Source: Octopus bimaculoides (taxonomy: Eukaryota). From it: DNA of 34,919 nt. The notes beneath the pieces were generated by a model. It was not told the origin of the DNA and did no database searches. It saw nothing but the letters and a program-made list of their open reading frames with translations. The position numbers and the translations under genes were made by a program. The DNA lies in NCBI RefSeq assembly GCF_001194135.2, contig NC_068983.1:63439114-63474032 (forward strand), written 5' to 3'. Positions 1 through 10,285 of this stretch are shown piece after piece (position 1 is the stretch's first letter; each line of letters begins with the position of its first letter).

Positions 1-39
1 TATATATCTATATATATATATATATATACACACATATAT

Positions 40-114
<75 letters not shown>
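1..114. repeat. Compound microsatellite (TA)n/(CA)n/(TACA)n
   Basis: Tandem di- and tetranucleotide runs read directly. Confidence 0.97.
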
Positions 115-117
<3 letters not shown>

Positions 118-344
118 GGTTGGCCAAAAGTCACCTGACAGTAAATCAAAACCGTTTAATGCTAAGATTTATTTATATTTAACAACTAAATGAATTTTAT
201 AAAATCATCTAAATATGAAACGTCATGAAAATTGTTCAAACTGAAGTCCTTGAGCGATACATTTTGCCATTCGAGTCAATACAGAATTACAGATAGTATT
301 TATGGAATTTTGATTTACTGTCGAGTGACTTCTGGCCAAACCTG
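115..344. mobile_element. Tc1/mariner-type MITE (~230 bp)
   Basis: Left end CAGGGTTGGCCAAAAGTCACCTGACAGTAAATCAAAA; reverse complement of right end CAGGTTTGGCCAGAAGTCACTCGACAGTAAATCAAAA. Flanked by TA at 113-114 and 345-346. No ORF. Confidence 0.9.
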
Positions 345-428
345 TATGTGTGTGTGTGAGTGTGTGTGTATGTTATGTATGTATGTATGTATATAAGACA
401 TATGAACTCATATTTGTATATATGCATA

Positions 429-537
429 CGGGGTTTGGACAAAATAATGGAAACACCTAGCATCATAATTTTGAAATATCTATAAAACTGTCAAAAGCTT
501 GTTTATTTTTATGTTTTTTTATTTATTATTAGTGTTG
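429..537. mobile_element. Solo terminal fragment of the Tc1 family found at 7947-9210
   Basis: Starts TA|CGGGGTTTGGACAAAATAATGGAAACACC, then matches the reverse complement of ~9100-9210 (GCATCA..AATTTTGAAATATCTATAAAAC.GTCAAA.GCTTGTTTATTTTTATG). Confidence 0.88.
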
Positions 538-788
538 TATGTATGCATGCAGGCATGTGTGTATGTTTATTAATATTTATACGTCTATAAATATGCCTTA
601 CTTATCATGGCAGTGTAATCCGTATCAGCGTTAGATTTAAGTCCGAAGTCTTAAAAAGACTTGTACGTGTTGATGCAATTTGGACTCACTGCACAAGGGT
701 GTTCGGATATCTGGTCCTCCCCGGCTTGCTCTACAGTTGTGAGATTTTAATTCAGTCCGGGGCACTTAACAGTCACCTGAAGTCATTT

Positions 789-1060
789 GGTAACATGAAT
801 TTGGTACAAATTGTCGTTTCTTTAGACCTTTAAAATTTTCAAATGAAACAAATGGTATGTGCTGCTCAGGCGGTCAGTTAACATTGCCAACACTACCAGC
901 TCCTTCTCAATCTCTTATGGATCTTCTAGAAGGCATTTTCATTCAATCAAAGGATTTTCTGAACAATGTCAGACAATGCAACTTTGCATTTCAAATGACA
1001 TCGTTTGGTGCATCTAAGAAGATAGATAAACATGAATTTGGTACCAGAACATTTCGCACG
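789..1060 (+). mobile_element. Helitron Rep/helicase N-terminal fragment (decayed)
   Basis: Translation TNCR..PLKFSNETNGMCCSGGQLTLPTLPAPSQSLMDLLEG....SKDFLNNVRQCNFAFQMTSFGA matches the Helitron pattern CxxC...CCxxG.vxLP...P..L..L......FL.NIR.YN.aFqMTSFG. Confidence 0.85.
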
Positions 1061-1129
1061 ATTATGGATTACTATCGGCCGGATGTTTTATCCAGCCAAC
1101 GACTATACTCAGAAACTGGGAATGAGTAA

Positions 1130-1418
1130 TGTTACTTGTATGATTTAGGAGCGCCAGGTCAGACTGTTTGGTTATGTTGCACGATTTTACAAGTTGGTCC
1201 TGCATTTCGTGTCCTCTTCTTCTCTGAGGATCTGACTGAGGTAACGGCTAGTGTTGGTCGGTCCCATGCCACGTAGTCACGGCGAATGATGAAATATCTC
1301 GGGGAGATGGGGACTGACTGGGATGCTACTCCGAGGATTTTCCCGAGACGACCCGAGCAAATACCAAGAAATGGTTAATGCAGCAACGCGTTGCAACGAC
1401 CCCATATCTGACCCTGAT
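1130..1418 (+). mobile_element. RTE-clade LINE 3' end fragment
   Basis: Frame from 1149 reads ERQVRLFGYVARF; further on GRSHAT*SRRMMKYLGEMG (cf. RxLRxFGHVxR...GRP.xTW). Followed by a (CA)n tract. Confidence 0.7.

Positions 1419-1419
<1 letters not shown>

Positions 1420-1451
<32 letters not shown>
1420..1451. repeat. (CA)n microsatellite
   Basis: Read directly. Confidence 0.97.
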
Positions 1452-1454
<3 letters not shown>

Positions 1455-1754
1455 CTGAAGTATATACAACTTTCTATCTTTTCCCTCCTTTTTTCCCTTT
1501 CTTTTTCCTTTTCCACCAAGTGTCTAATCACATCACTCAGACTGCTCACGTACTTGCCTATACATTATGAACAATGGATCAGCTATACCGCAGTTTGTAT
1601 CCTGTCTGATGAGGGCAAACGTGAAATTCGAATTACGAATTGTGAGTTATCCGCTGTAATAGCTATAAATAACTTTCGCCCAGTTAGTACTGAGCATTCT
1701 TTTGAATTTCTCCCCTGTACCTGCATACGTTACATACATACTTCATTACAGACA

Positions 1755-1800
1755 TACGTATGTATGTATGTATGTATGTATGTATGCATGCATGTATGTG
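1755..1800. repeat. (TATG)n microsatellite
   Basis: Read directly. Confidence 0.95.
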
Positions 1801-1802
1801 TG

Positions 1803-2105
1803 AAGGCGCATGGCTCAGTGGTTAGAGCGTCGAGCTTACGATCGTGACGTTGTGAATTCGATTCCCGGACCGGACTGCGTGTTGTGTTCACGTTGCTCCA
1901 GTTCACTCAGCTGTAGAAATGAGCTGCGACATCATGGTGCCAAGCTGTATCGGCCTTTGCCTTTCTTTTGGATAACATCGGTGGTGTGGAGAGGGGAGGC
2001 TGGTATGCATGGGCGACTACTGGTCTTCCATAAAACAACCTTGCCCAGCCTTGTGCCCCGGAGGGTAAGTTTCTAGATGCAATCCCATGGTCATTCATGA
2101 CCGAA
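1803..2105 (+). mobile_element. tRNA-derived SINE, family A (CORE-like central domain)
   Basis: A box TGGCTCAGTGG at 1811-1821 and B-box-like GAATTCGATTCC at 1854-1865. Closely matches a second copy at 27066-27215. CORE assignment is from motif resemblance only. Confidence 0.88.
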
Positions 2106-2120
2106 CTGAGTCATCCTTTC

Positions 2121-2171
2121 ATGTATGTATGGATCCATGTATGTATGTATGTATGTATGTATGTATGTATG
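2121..2171. repeat. (TATG)n microsatellite
   Basis: Read directly. Confidence 0.95.
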
Positions 2172-3019
2172 CAATGATACCCCTACACATATTTAAGTTT
2201 CTTGCAGTTAGGAACTTCCGGTCTTTGAACAAACAGCCATTTTTTAAACTTCGACTTTTGAACACAAATTTTCTGATTGAACAGCTACGAATAAAACATT
2301 TTTCTAATTCAATAAACATTTTGTTATTTTATAGAATTTTCTTCTGATTGAACGGACGTGCAGCAATCTTTACAAGTTCATTAACAATTTTTTTAGACTG
2401 TCTAAACCGTTGATAATGATAACTAAATTTTCTATTGTGTTTTTAACTTATAATAACACGAATTAAGTCAGTTTTTCAGTCAGCTGCAAGCTTCAAGCAA
2501 TCTATTTTCAAGTCTATAGTTCCAGCTCAACTGTTTTCCACAGTTTTAAACTATTTTCTAGCACTCGATATCAATAAATAGCATATCCGTGATAAGATTA
2601 TTGAAAGCCACTTAAGCATATTCACATTCTGCTAGGTGTGTAATCCCTCTTCTCTGACCATGTACTGCAGGATCAGTGGTGTAAAGATTACGTGCATAAA
2701 TATTTAAAGAGAGAATCTTCGAGTGTAAAATCCAAACCCAAATTTTGATTCAATGTGCAACGTGTAAAATTTAAATGAGGTAATTTGCATCATCATTTAG
2801 TTTCACTTACACTATCAAGTACAACATAGGATCAAATGTTTCACTTCATCATTTAGATGCATCAGACTCGCTCAGTAAAGCGCCGATATCTTAGTCCACT
2901 ACACAAGTCCTTCATATGTGCACCTGCCATATGCGGAGCTGCTAGATCCCTAAATAAAACGAACTAGCTTTATAGGCTACATTTGAAAGTCTTGAGCTAT
3001 ATATTTAGTTGCAGGCCAG

Positions 3020-3325
3020 CAGACATCTTACTGGCATTAATTTAAGCGTGAATAATCACTGAATGCACCATTTCGGTGACTCTCTTTGCAATGGCAATGG
3101 GCATGCTAGCTGAGATAGTAGAGGAAGAGTGCTGGTCTCTCCAGTAAGGCAGAAATTAAGCAACCATACATCAACGTGTTCATGAAAGATTTCACGGTGG
3201 CAACAACATAGCAGGGAGCCAAGTGGTCTCTTCAGAAACTAAAGAAGCCCACAGCATGAGCGCGAATGAATTTCAAAAAACCAAGTCACGGTGTATGATT
3301 TCGAAGAAAGGCAGTCACTAAAAGT
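3020..3325 (+). mobile_element. HERO-like (R2-group) non-LTR retrotransposon RT fragment, frameshifted
   Basis: TSYWH..; 3052-3129 IITECTISVTLFAMAMGMLAEIVEEE; after a frameshift KQPYINVFMKDFTVATT; then *ARMNFKKTKSRCMISKKG. Order and wording match the HERO-type RT pattern GIITGCTISVxLFALAMNML..RQPPIRAFMDDLTVTT..WARMxFKPxKSRSLVLKKG. Confidence 0.75.
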
Positions 3326-3356
3326 CCTGTTTCAAAGTAGAAGACTAAAGCCGGTT

Positions 3357-3462
3357 TGTCTGTCTGTCTGTCTGTCTTCCTCTCTCTCTATCTCTCCCCC
3401 TCTCTCTATCTCTCCCTCTCTCTCTATCTCTCCCTCTCTCCATCTCCCTACCTCTCTCTCTC
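3357..3462. repeat. CT-rich low-complexity tract with ~14-bp TCTCTATCTCTCCC units
   Basis: Read directly. Confidence 0.9.
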
Positions 3463-3678
3463 TCACAGACACACACGAGCGAAACAAAACAAAACAAAAA
3501 ACAGTGAAAAGTCATGTGAAGACACTTTTGTCTTTTGTGAAGATGTGTCCAGATATTGTATCTGTAGATATATGTAGAAGAGAATAAGTGTTGAGCAACA
3601 TGAATGTGAGCCCCATATTCATGTATTCAACAGTTTTTGTCAATATCTAGTTATGGAATGTATTTCAGCACAGAAATT

Positions 3679-4291
3679 GGATCTATTTTAAAACGGGGGC
3701 GCCAGTTTTCATTTATGTTTTATGTAGTGTTTTTGGTACGGAAAGAATTTCAAACTTCGTATACTTATTTATTTTGTGTTATAGAACAGAAAAATATTTT
3801 TGTATTCGAATTTATTTCATGTAAAAAATTGTCTTATTTCGATAATTTTAACTAATCACTGACGTCTATTCAGTTGAAAATAGTTAGTGCTGTAACGGTG
3901 TATATCGTATTAATCCCCTAACCCTAACCCTAACTCTAGAATCCGAACTCTAAAATTGTTACACACATAGATACGCGCAGCGTAATTTATTATATAAACA
4001 ATATATGCGTATAAATTACGATTAAACCGGATGAAATATGTCACAGGGAATAACATTTTTATGACCGCCCAGCAGTAACTCTATTGAGCTGAATAGACGT
4101 CAGTGATTGGTTGAAATTACAGAAATACGACAACTTTAACATGGAATAACTTGCGAATTCCTTTTTTTTGTTAAGAAGACTAAGAGTAAAAGATGTTTTA
4201 TATGATACAGTCTACCAGTGTCCCAAGTTTCAAAGTGTTTCGTTAGTGTTTCGTTAAGAAAATACTGGCGCCCCCGTTTTAAAATAGATCC
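3679..4291. mobile_element. Non-autonomous DNA transposon (613 bp), 28-bp perfect TIR, 8-bp TSD; Merlin-like or hAT
   Basis: TIR GGATCTATTTTAAAACGGGGGCGCCAGT at 3679-3706 and its exact reverse complement at 4264-4291. TSD CAGAAATT at 3671-3678 and 4292-4299. Internal inverted arms at 3843-3892 and 4070-4119. Confidence 0.92.
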
Positions 4292-4705
4292 CAGAAATTA
4301 TTTTAAAAGCAAACAAGAAGAAAATATGTCTTCAAGATGTTGACTGTCAGAGTCAGTATCTTCGTCTTCTCGATTGCACACACATTGCAATTACTATCGC
4401 AGCCGTTGCATACTTGTTATGTTCGAGTTGACTGTGGTGTTGTCTACTCTTCTCTTATTTAGATACTAAAAGTAGTTTTTCATTAAAGTGAAGCTGCTTT
4501 CTTCCTTTTTCTGAACACATGTATGAGTTGTGTATATAATCTTCTTAATGAACTTAAGTAAATTCAGCACAAGCCACACGTGTCGTGGGTCGTACAGCTA
4601 AGCTGTCATTTTCTGACGCCATATTCAATACGAATATTGTTAATTTGTTCTTACCATTTGACCAGTGAAATACCTTGGAGTAGCAGTGTAAATGACATCA
4701 ACCAA

Positions 4706-4709
<4 letters not shown>

Positions 4710-4737
<28 letters not shown>
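4710..4737. repeat. (AG)n microsatellite
   Basis: Read directly. Confidence 0.95.
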
Positions 4738-6789
4738 TACATGTCTGTATGTGTGCTTAACAGTGCTTAGCAGCTCTGAGCTCCAAAGGCCTTGGCCTCC
4801 TTTTAGCAGCAAATACACACTTGAGCTCCAGTATAAATGGAAAAACGCGACAGGAGTATTAGAATAGGCAACTATAGGGGAGTTTCGCGATGTAACTTGG
4901 CCGCCTCTAATTCCTAGCCTTTTTATTTTCTGAGTTAAAATCAAGCCACATTAGAAATTGGCAAGGTTAACTACAATGTTCAATTCTTTCAACGTAAACC
5001 GACCGTTCTTCTAATGAATTCTAATAAAGTTATGGATACTTCCAGAACTTCAAGAATAGCTAAAGCTTCGTTTCATCTTCTTTGCTAACCTTATTGGCAT
5101 TGCATAGTCAGTGTCTTCATCTGGTGCGCCAGTTTAGTGACGTCGGGTCTGAGAGCCATTATTCAGAACATATTGAAGTACAACTTGAAGTATGTGTTGT
5201 AGTACAATGCTGGCTACAACAGATGAAGAAGACACCCCATTATCGTATCGGCTAATTCAATAGCATAATGGAAGTAATATCTTTAGTGGAGGTAACTGTT
5301 AGCTACCCATTAGTCGGAAGCTGCAGGATGAATAAGTACTTAAGAATGGACTCTCCTTGGGAGAATTTTCCTTCAATAAGTGATTCAACTTTTGTAACAA
5401 CAGAGAAAAGTTTTGGTTTCTGAATTTCTCAGAAAAAAAGCTGGTGTATCCTTTTTAATACACAACTTATAGTACTCGGAGGACCAATAAATTCGTAATT
5501 TATTGAGCTATTTCAGGCTATAAAGAGCTCAAAGTATGTGCGAAGAACGTATCCTCAATAGTAATATGCCAATTTACAAAATGGCCTGCATCTACGTTAA
5601 TTAGAAAGCAGGGTAATTAATACTGATTGTTACCTGAAATTTTCTGGTCGTCCCTTTAATTGATGTGTTAATGATATCTTCAACTGCAACTGATATATTT
5701 GGATTGAATGCAAAGCAAGAAGGCAAGGAGTATTTTCGTCCCCTAGGCAAAAGAGAATTTCATTACTTAAAGTAAGATCAAGTTTCTTCACGAAGCCTTT
5801 AAATCAGGAATGCGAATCACGGGATGATTGTTCAAATGTCAGCATTCACCAATTGTAGTCTACTACTTCCATGCGTTATAAAAGAAACTGATCCCCAAAT
5901 AAATAGATCACATAGCTTGATTTATATTATATAAACACTTCACAAGAAACAGCATCCACTCATGGTTACTGGATAGCAACTTTTAAATTCAGAATATATA
6001 CGAATAACTGTTGAATCTGATATTACTCATAATGTGATTTTCAGTAGACATTGTAAATACATTTCCTACAGAATATATGAATATTAAACAGCAAACTTCC
6101 CAAATAGAATGAAGGTTTTCTTCACGAAGCCTTTAAATTAGGAATGCGAAAATAAAAATTTATTTTATTTAAATAAAACGAGTAAACATAACAGCACAAG
6201 AAATGGGTGCTGCCGCAGAAAAGAAACAATTGCAAACGTGTTTCAATCTTGAAAGTAAGTACATACTTGCAGAAATAAAGCTAAAATTTGCTGATATGTA
6301 CATACTGTGAAATAACTGGATAAGAAATTTCAGTTGTGATGTCCAAAGAAGATGGTGCGTATTATATACAAAATGTATTTGTAATAGTAAATATTATGTA
6401 GTAAAGAAAATTCCAGAATAACATAATTCTAATATGTGACATTTAAGAATTGTGATATAGAGTACAGCACTTGACTAGTAGGCTTCCGAAAATGTCTAAA
6501 CTTGCTCGAGAAAAGCAATTAACATGAAATGTGGTTGACTATTTTTAGCCATGGAATGTGCAAAATAGTAGCGCGAATCAGGACGACAAAGATGAAGAAA
6601 GGTATATTAAATATTTTACAAGATATAGCTTGGTTTACTGAGACTATCTTTTCATTGAGAAGATAAACGAACAAGCATCTAGCGGCAATTGCAACCAACC
6701 CTAAATAAAAAGAGGAGATGCCTCAGGAAGTCATGAATTATCATTACAGAAAATACAGTTTGCTCCGTTTTTACTGGAGACAAGACAGC

Positions 6790-7800
6790 AGCGAAAACGT
6801 GTTTCTACTTTGAATAGTCGTCATCAGCACTGCGTTGCCCTTCCTTGACTCCAAGGAGATATATGACGTAAACGTACAAAAATGGAGAAGAGAATATTCC
6901 AAGATACACAAAGATATCCACCACTTCAAGTCTTTTTCCTCCACGAAAATGTCCGACTCCACATACACTTCTTCAACTGGTGGAGTGTACAAGAACTTTG
7001 TCTTTTTTTCACTAAGTCATTTAGTCCAAAATACTGACCTTGTGCCAAAATTTGAGACCAATATTTAGTTCAAAAGCAGTGCATGCATCGGAGAAGTTGT
7101 ATGTCCTTCGCTGAATGTGCCACAAAATTCGTATTATCAGCGAGAGTGTCGCCTGTTTTGACTTGATGCTGAAACTTCTTAGATTAAAGACTTTGTCAGA
7201 GGTTCTAAATGGCATATATACACCAAATTCGAAGTCTTGGAAGGCATACATAAGAAGCACGGCAAAGTATATGATAAACAGAGTGGTTGATGAGATGTCG
7301 TCTTCTTTGATACAATTTTACTCTGGAATTGGCTTTGAAAGTATTCCATTGAAGTTTACTCTTTCTTTACGTTTGCTGAAGCTTTTCTGAATATGCCAAC
7401 AAATTCAGAGGGCATCTAAGCTTCCCCAACATGACCCACAGTGCACAAAGATTAAAAGTATCGAAGGTCTTTGTAACGTCCACAAATACTTGACACATTG
7501 ACACTGGTTGCTCAACACATTTATCCTTTAGCTGGCGGGTTGAGAAAATCAGGTCCATAGTAGCCCAAGCAACTCTCAATCAACACTAGGTCTCAGAGAT
7601 GGTACCATAGCAAATCCATTTCCATGGACAATTCAACAAAGTCTTGGATAAAACTTTTCCTACCGATTCGAGCAGATATACTACGATAATTACAATAATC
7701 ACGACATTCAGATTTGGAGCCTTTGCTTTGTAAATGGACAGTAGAATTGTATGTAACCAGTCTTGTAGGACAGACTTGCAATGCTATACAAATATAATTA
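6790..7800 (-). mobile_element. RTE/BovB-like LINE reverse transcriptase fragment (pseudogenised)
   Basis: Ordered motifs across frames: HLQSKGSKSECRDYCNYRSIS; ATMDLIFSTRQLKDKCVEQ..FVDVTKTFDT..LWVMLGKLRCP; PFRTSDKVFNLR; KKTKFLYTPP..VVDIFVYLG. Confidence 0.9.
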
Positions 7801-7822
7801 GCCCATGAATCCCAACCTGGTG

Positions 7823-7946
7823 ACATACATACATACATACATTCATACATGCATACACACTTGCATATATGCATGCATGCATGCATACATACATACATAC
7901 ATACATACTTACATACGTACATACATACATTCATATAAGATACATA
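7823..7946. repeat. (TACA/TGCA)n microsatellite
   Basis: Read directly. The Tc1 element sits at its end. Confidence 0.95.
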
Positions 7947-9210
7947 CAGGGCTTGGACAAAATAATGGAAACACCTTAAAATTTCAAACAAATTTATTTT
8001 AATATGGGGTAGGCCGCCTTTGGCAGTAATTACAGCTTGAATTCTACAAGGTATGGACTCGACTCGTACAAAGTTTGAATTGTTTCCAAAGGAACATTTG
8101 TCCATTCTTCAGCTAAAACAGTATCCAGTGATGATGGTGGAGGATATTGACTCATTACTTGTTTTTCTAAACTGCACCATAAATGTTCAATAATATTGAG
8201 ATCTGGGGAGTGTGGTGGTCAAATAAGATGTTCAACTTCACTAGAATGTTTCTCGTGCCATTCAGTAACAAATTTAGCTGTGTGAATTCGTACATTATAA
8301 TCCCGAAAGAATACCTTTCCCTCCGGAAACAGTTTCATAACTATAGGATGAATTTGATCAGATAAAATGCTTAAATAGTCTTGACTATTATTTCTGCCAT
8401 GAGGGGAAACCATTGGGTCGGCGGATTTCCAAGATATAGCGCCCCCAATTCATCACAAATCCTCCATGTTTAACAGTTGGAAGAAGGCAGTCTGGATTAA
8501 ATGCTTCTTTTGGCTCTCTCCACACGTATACTCGGCCGGTGGTCGGAAATAAGGTAAAGGATCATTCGTTCGAGAAAATAACATTCTTCCACTGCTCTAG
8601 GGACCAATTCTATAGGTTTTTACTTCACTCTAAACGCTTTTCAACGTTTGTTTGTGAAAGTAGTGGGTTTCTGATTGCAGCCCTCCCATGAAATTCGGCT
8701 TTGTGCGGCTCCCGATGAACAGTTTTTGTGGAAACTGAGTTCTCGAGGTTATCATTAAGCTCTTCAGTAATTTTGGAAGCTGTACTTTTCTGATCCTTTC
8801 TAACAATTAGCGTAAGAGTCCGATGGTCCCTATCTGAACGTTTTGGTTTTGTTCCGGAGTTTTGTTTCGACGACGAGGTTTTTCCTTCTTTCTCAAAGGC
8901 TGTCATTACTTTCGAGACAGTACTTCTCGATACACCAAACATTTCGACTGTTTTCGTTACGCTAGCGCCTGCCATACGAGCACCAACGATTTGATCTCTT
9001 TGAAAGTCTGACAGATCTGTCATTTTAATGAATTTTAATTACCTTTTTCTGATGATATCTGAAATGAAATAACAATTTTAGCAAAACATTAAGCAACACT
9101 AGTAATAAATAAGAAAACATAAAAATAAACAAGCCTTTGACGGTTTTATAGATATTTCAAAATTCTGATGCTATGATGCTAGATGTTTCCCTTGTTTTGT
9201 CCAACCTCTG
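7947..9210 (-). mobile_element. Full-length but decayed Tc1 DNA transposon (DD34E type, 1264 bp)
   Basis: TIRs CAGGGCTTGGACAAAATAATGGAAACACC and CAGAGGTTGGACAAAACAAGGGAAACATC (24/29 identical). TA at 7945-7946 and 9211-9212. Transposase remnants inside. Confidence 0.95.
8030..9023 (-). pseudogene. Tc1 transposase pseudogene
   Basis: HTH region MTDLSDFQRDQIVGARMAGASVTKT...; VWREPKEAFNPDCLLPTVKHGG; FFRDYNVRIHTAK (decayed FQxDNAPxH); *PPHSPDLNIIEHLW; VESIPCRIQAVITAKGG. Stops and frameshifts present. Confidence 0.92.
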
Positions 9211-9240
9211 TATATACATGACGTATGTATATTTGTGTGT

Positions 9241-9241
9241 G

Positions 9242-9287
<46 letters not shown>

Positions 9288-9328
9288 CATATATATATAT
9301 ATATATATTTACACACACACACACACAT
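9241..9328. repeat. (CA)n/(TA)n microsatellite
   Basis: Read directly. Confidence 0.95.
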
Positions 9329-9650
9329 AAAATCTCTATTTCTAACATCCAAGGCTTAATTGAAAATTACCAGGACTTGTTTATTTGGAATATGCCCCAA
9401 GCTGATACAAAGTCCTTTCTTCGGAATGGGGCTAGGGAAAGCTGTCTATGTACAAAATAATTTTATAAATTAGTGTTAAAAATGTTAATAAGATGCAAAT
9501 ATTAATAAAGCCACAAATATTCATGACATGGTTACAGGGAGATAACTCTTAATTTTCTATGACAATCATCGCTTTTTAAACTGAATCACTAAGAATCAGG
9601 CCATTTAAATAACTAATTAGTTTTCTAACCAACAGTTGTTTTATATTTTA

Positions 9651-9833
9651 TCTTTTCTTTTACTTGATTCAGTCATTGGATTGCCGCTATGCTGCGACAC
9701 CGCCTTTAGTACCCAGGTACCAAGTTTTCTCATGCCCGGTACTTATTCTGTTGGACTCGTTTGGTGAGCTGCTAAGTTACAGAGAAGTAACCGAACCAAC
9801 ACCAGTTGGCAAACGGTGGTTACCCCTACCCAC

Positions 9834-9868
<35 letters not shown>

Positions 9869-9885
9869 CGCGTGTGTGTGTGTGC

Positions 9886-9916
<31 letters not shown>

Positions 9917-10085
9917 AGTGTGTGCGTGTAACGGGCTACTTTTAGTTTTCTTCCACCGAATCCACTCACAACACTTTGGACGGCCCGAGTAAAAGACACC
10001 CAAGATGCTACGTGATGGTACTGAACCCCGACCTGTGTGGTTAGGAAGAAACTGTCTTACCACAGCAGAGGCATGCTCGTGCCTC
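9651..10085 (-). mobile_element. SINE family B, near full length, with internal (GT/AC)n tract at 9836-9928
   Basis: Head (~9930-10085) and tail (~9651-9830) both align, reverse-complemented, to the plus-strand copy at 14498-14882. Confidence 0.82.
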
Positions 10086-10146
10086 TAATTCTTTTGGTAT
10101 GAAGCGAATTAACTGAATCACTTCCACAACATGGCAAATTCTTATA

Positions 10147-10285
10147 GTATGTATGTATGCATGCATGTATGTATGTATGTATGTATGTATATATGGATAT
10201 ATGGATGGATTTATGGATCGATGGATGGATCGATGAATCGATGGATGGATCGATGGATGGATCTATGGATGGATGGGTCGATATA
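10147..10285. repeat. Compound tetranucleotide repeat (TATG)n grading into (GATG/GATC)n
   Basis: Read directly. Confidence 0.93.

Noticed and set aside
600-740. Minus-strand peptide CAVSPNCINTYKSF resembling an EGF-Ca motif
   Set aside because: A stop replaces the next expected residues and the cysteine spacing is incomplete.
1323-1847. 174-aa ORF
   Set aside because: Runs through an RTE 3' end, (CA)n, a CT-rich tract, (TATG)n and a SINE head; a chimeric chance ORF.
1803-1875. Possible tRNA gene (also 27066 and 14498)
   Set aside because: A/B boxes are present, but I could not fold a full cloverleaf and the sequence continues into a repeated SINE body.
6193-6601. Two plus-strand exon candidates (MGAAAEKKQLQTCFNLE|GTAAGT and 6549-6601)
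   Set aside because: The first acceptor is A-rich and weak, and joining the two in phase gives an early stop.
9050-9075. CTGATGA...GAAA inside the Tc1 element
   Set aside because: No stem II or stem I pairing; chance motif.
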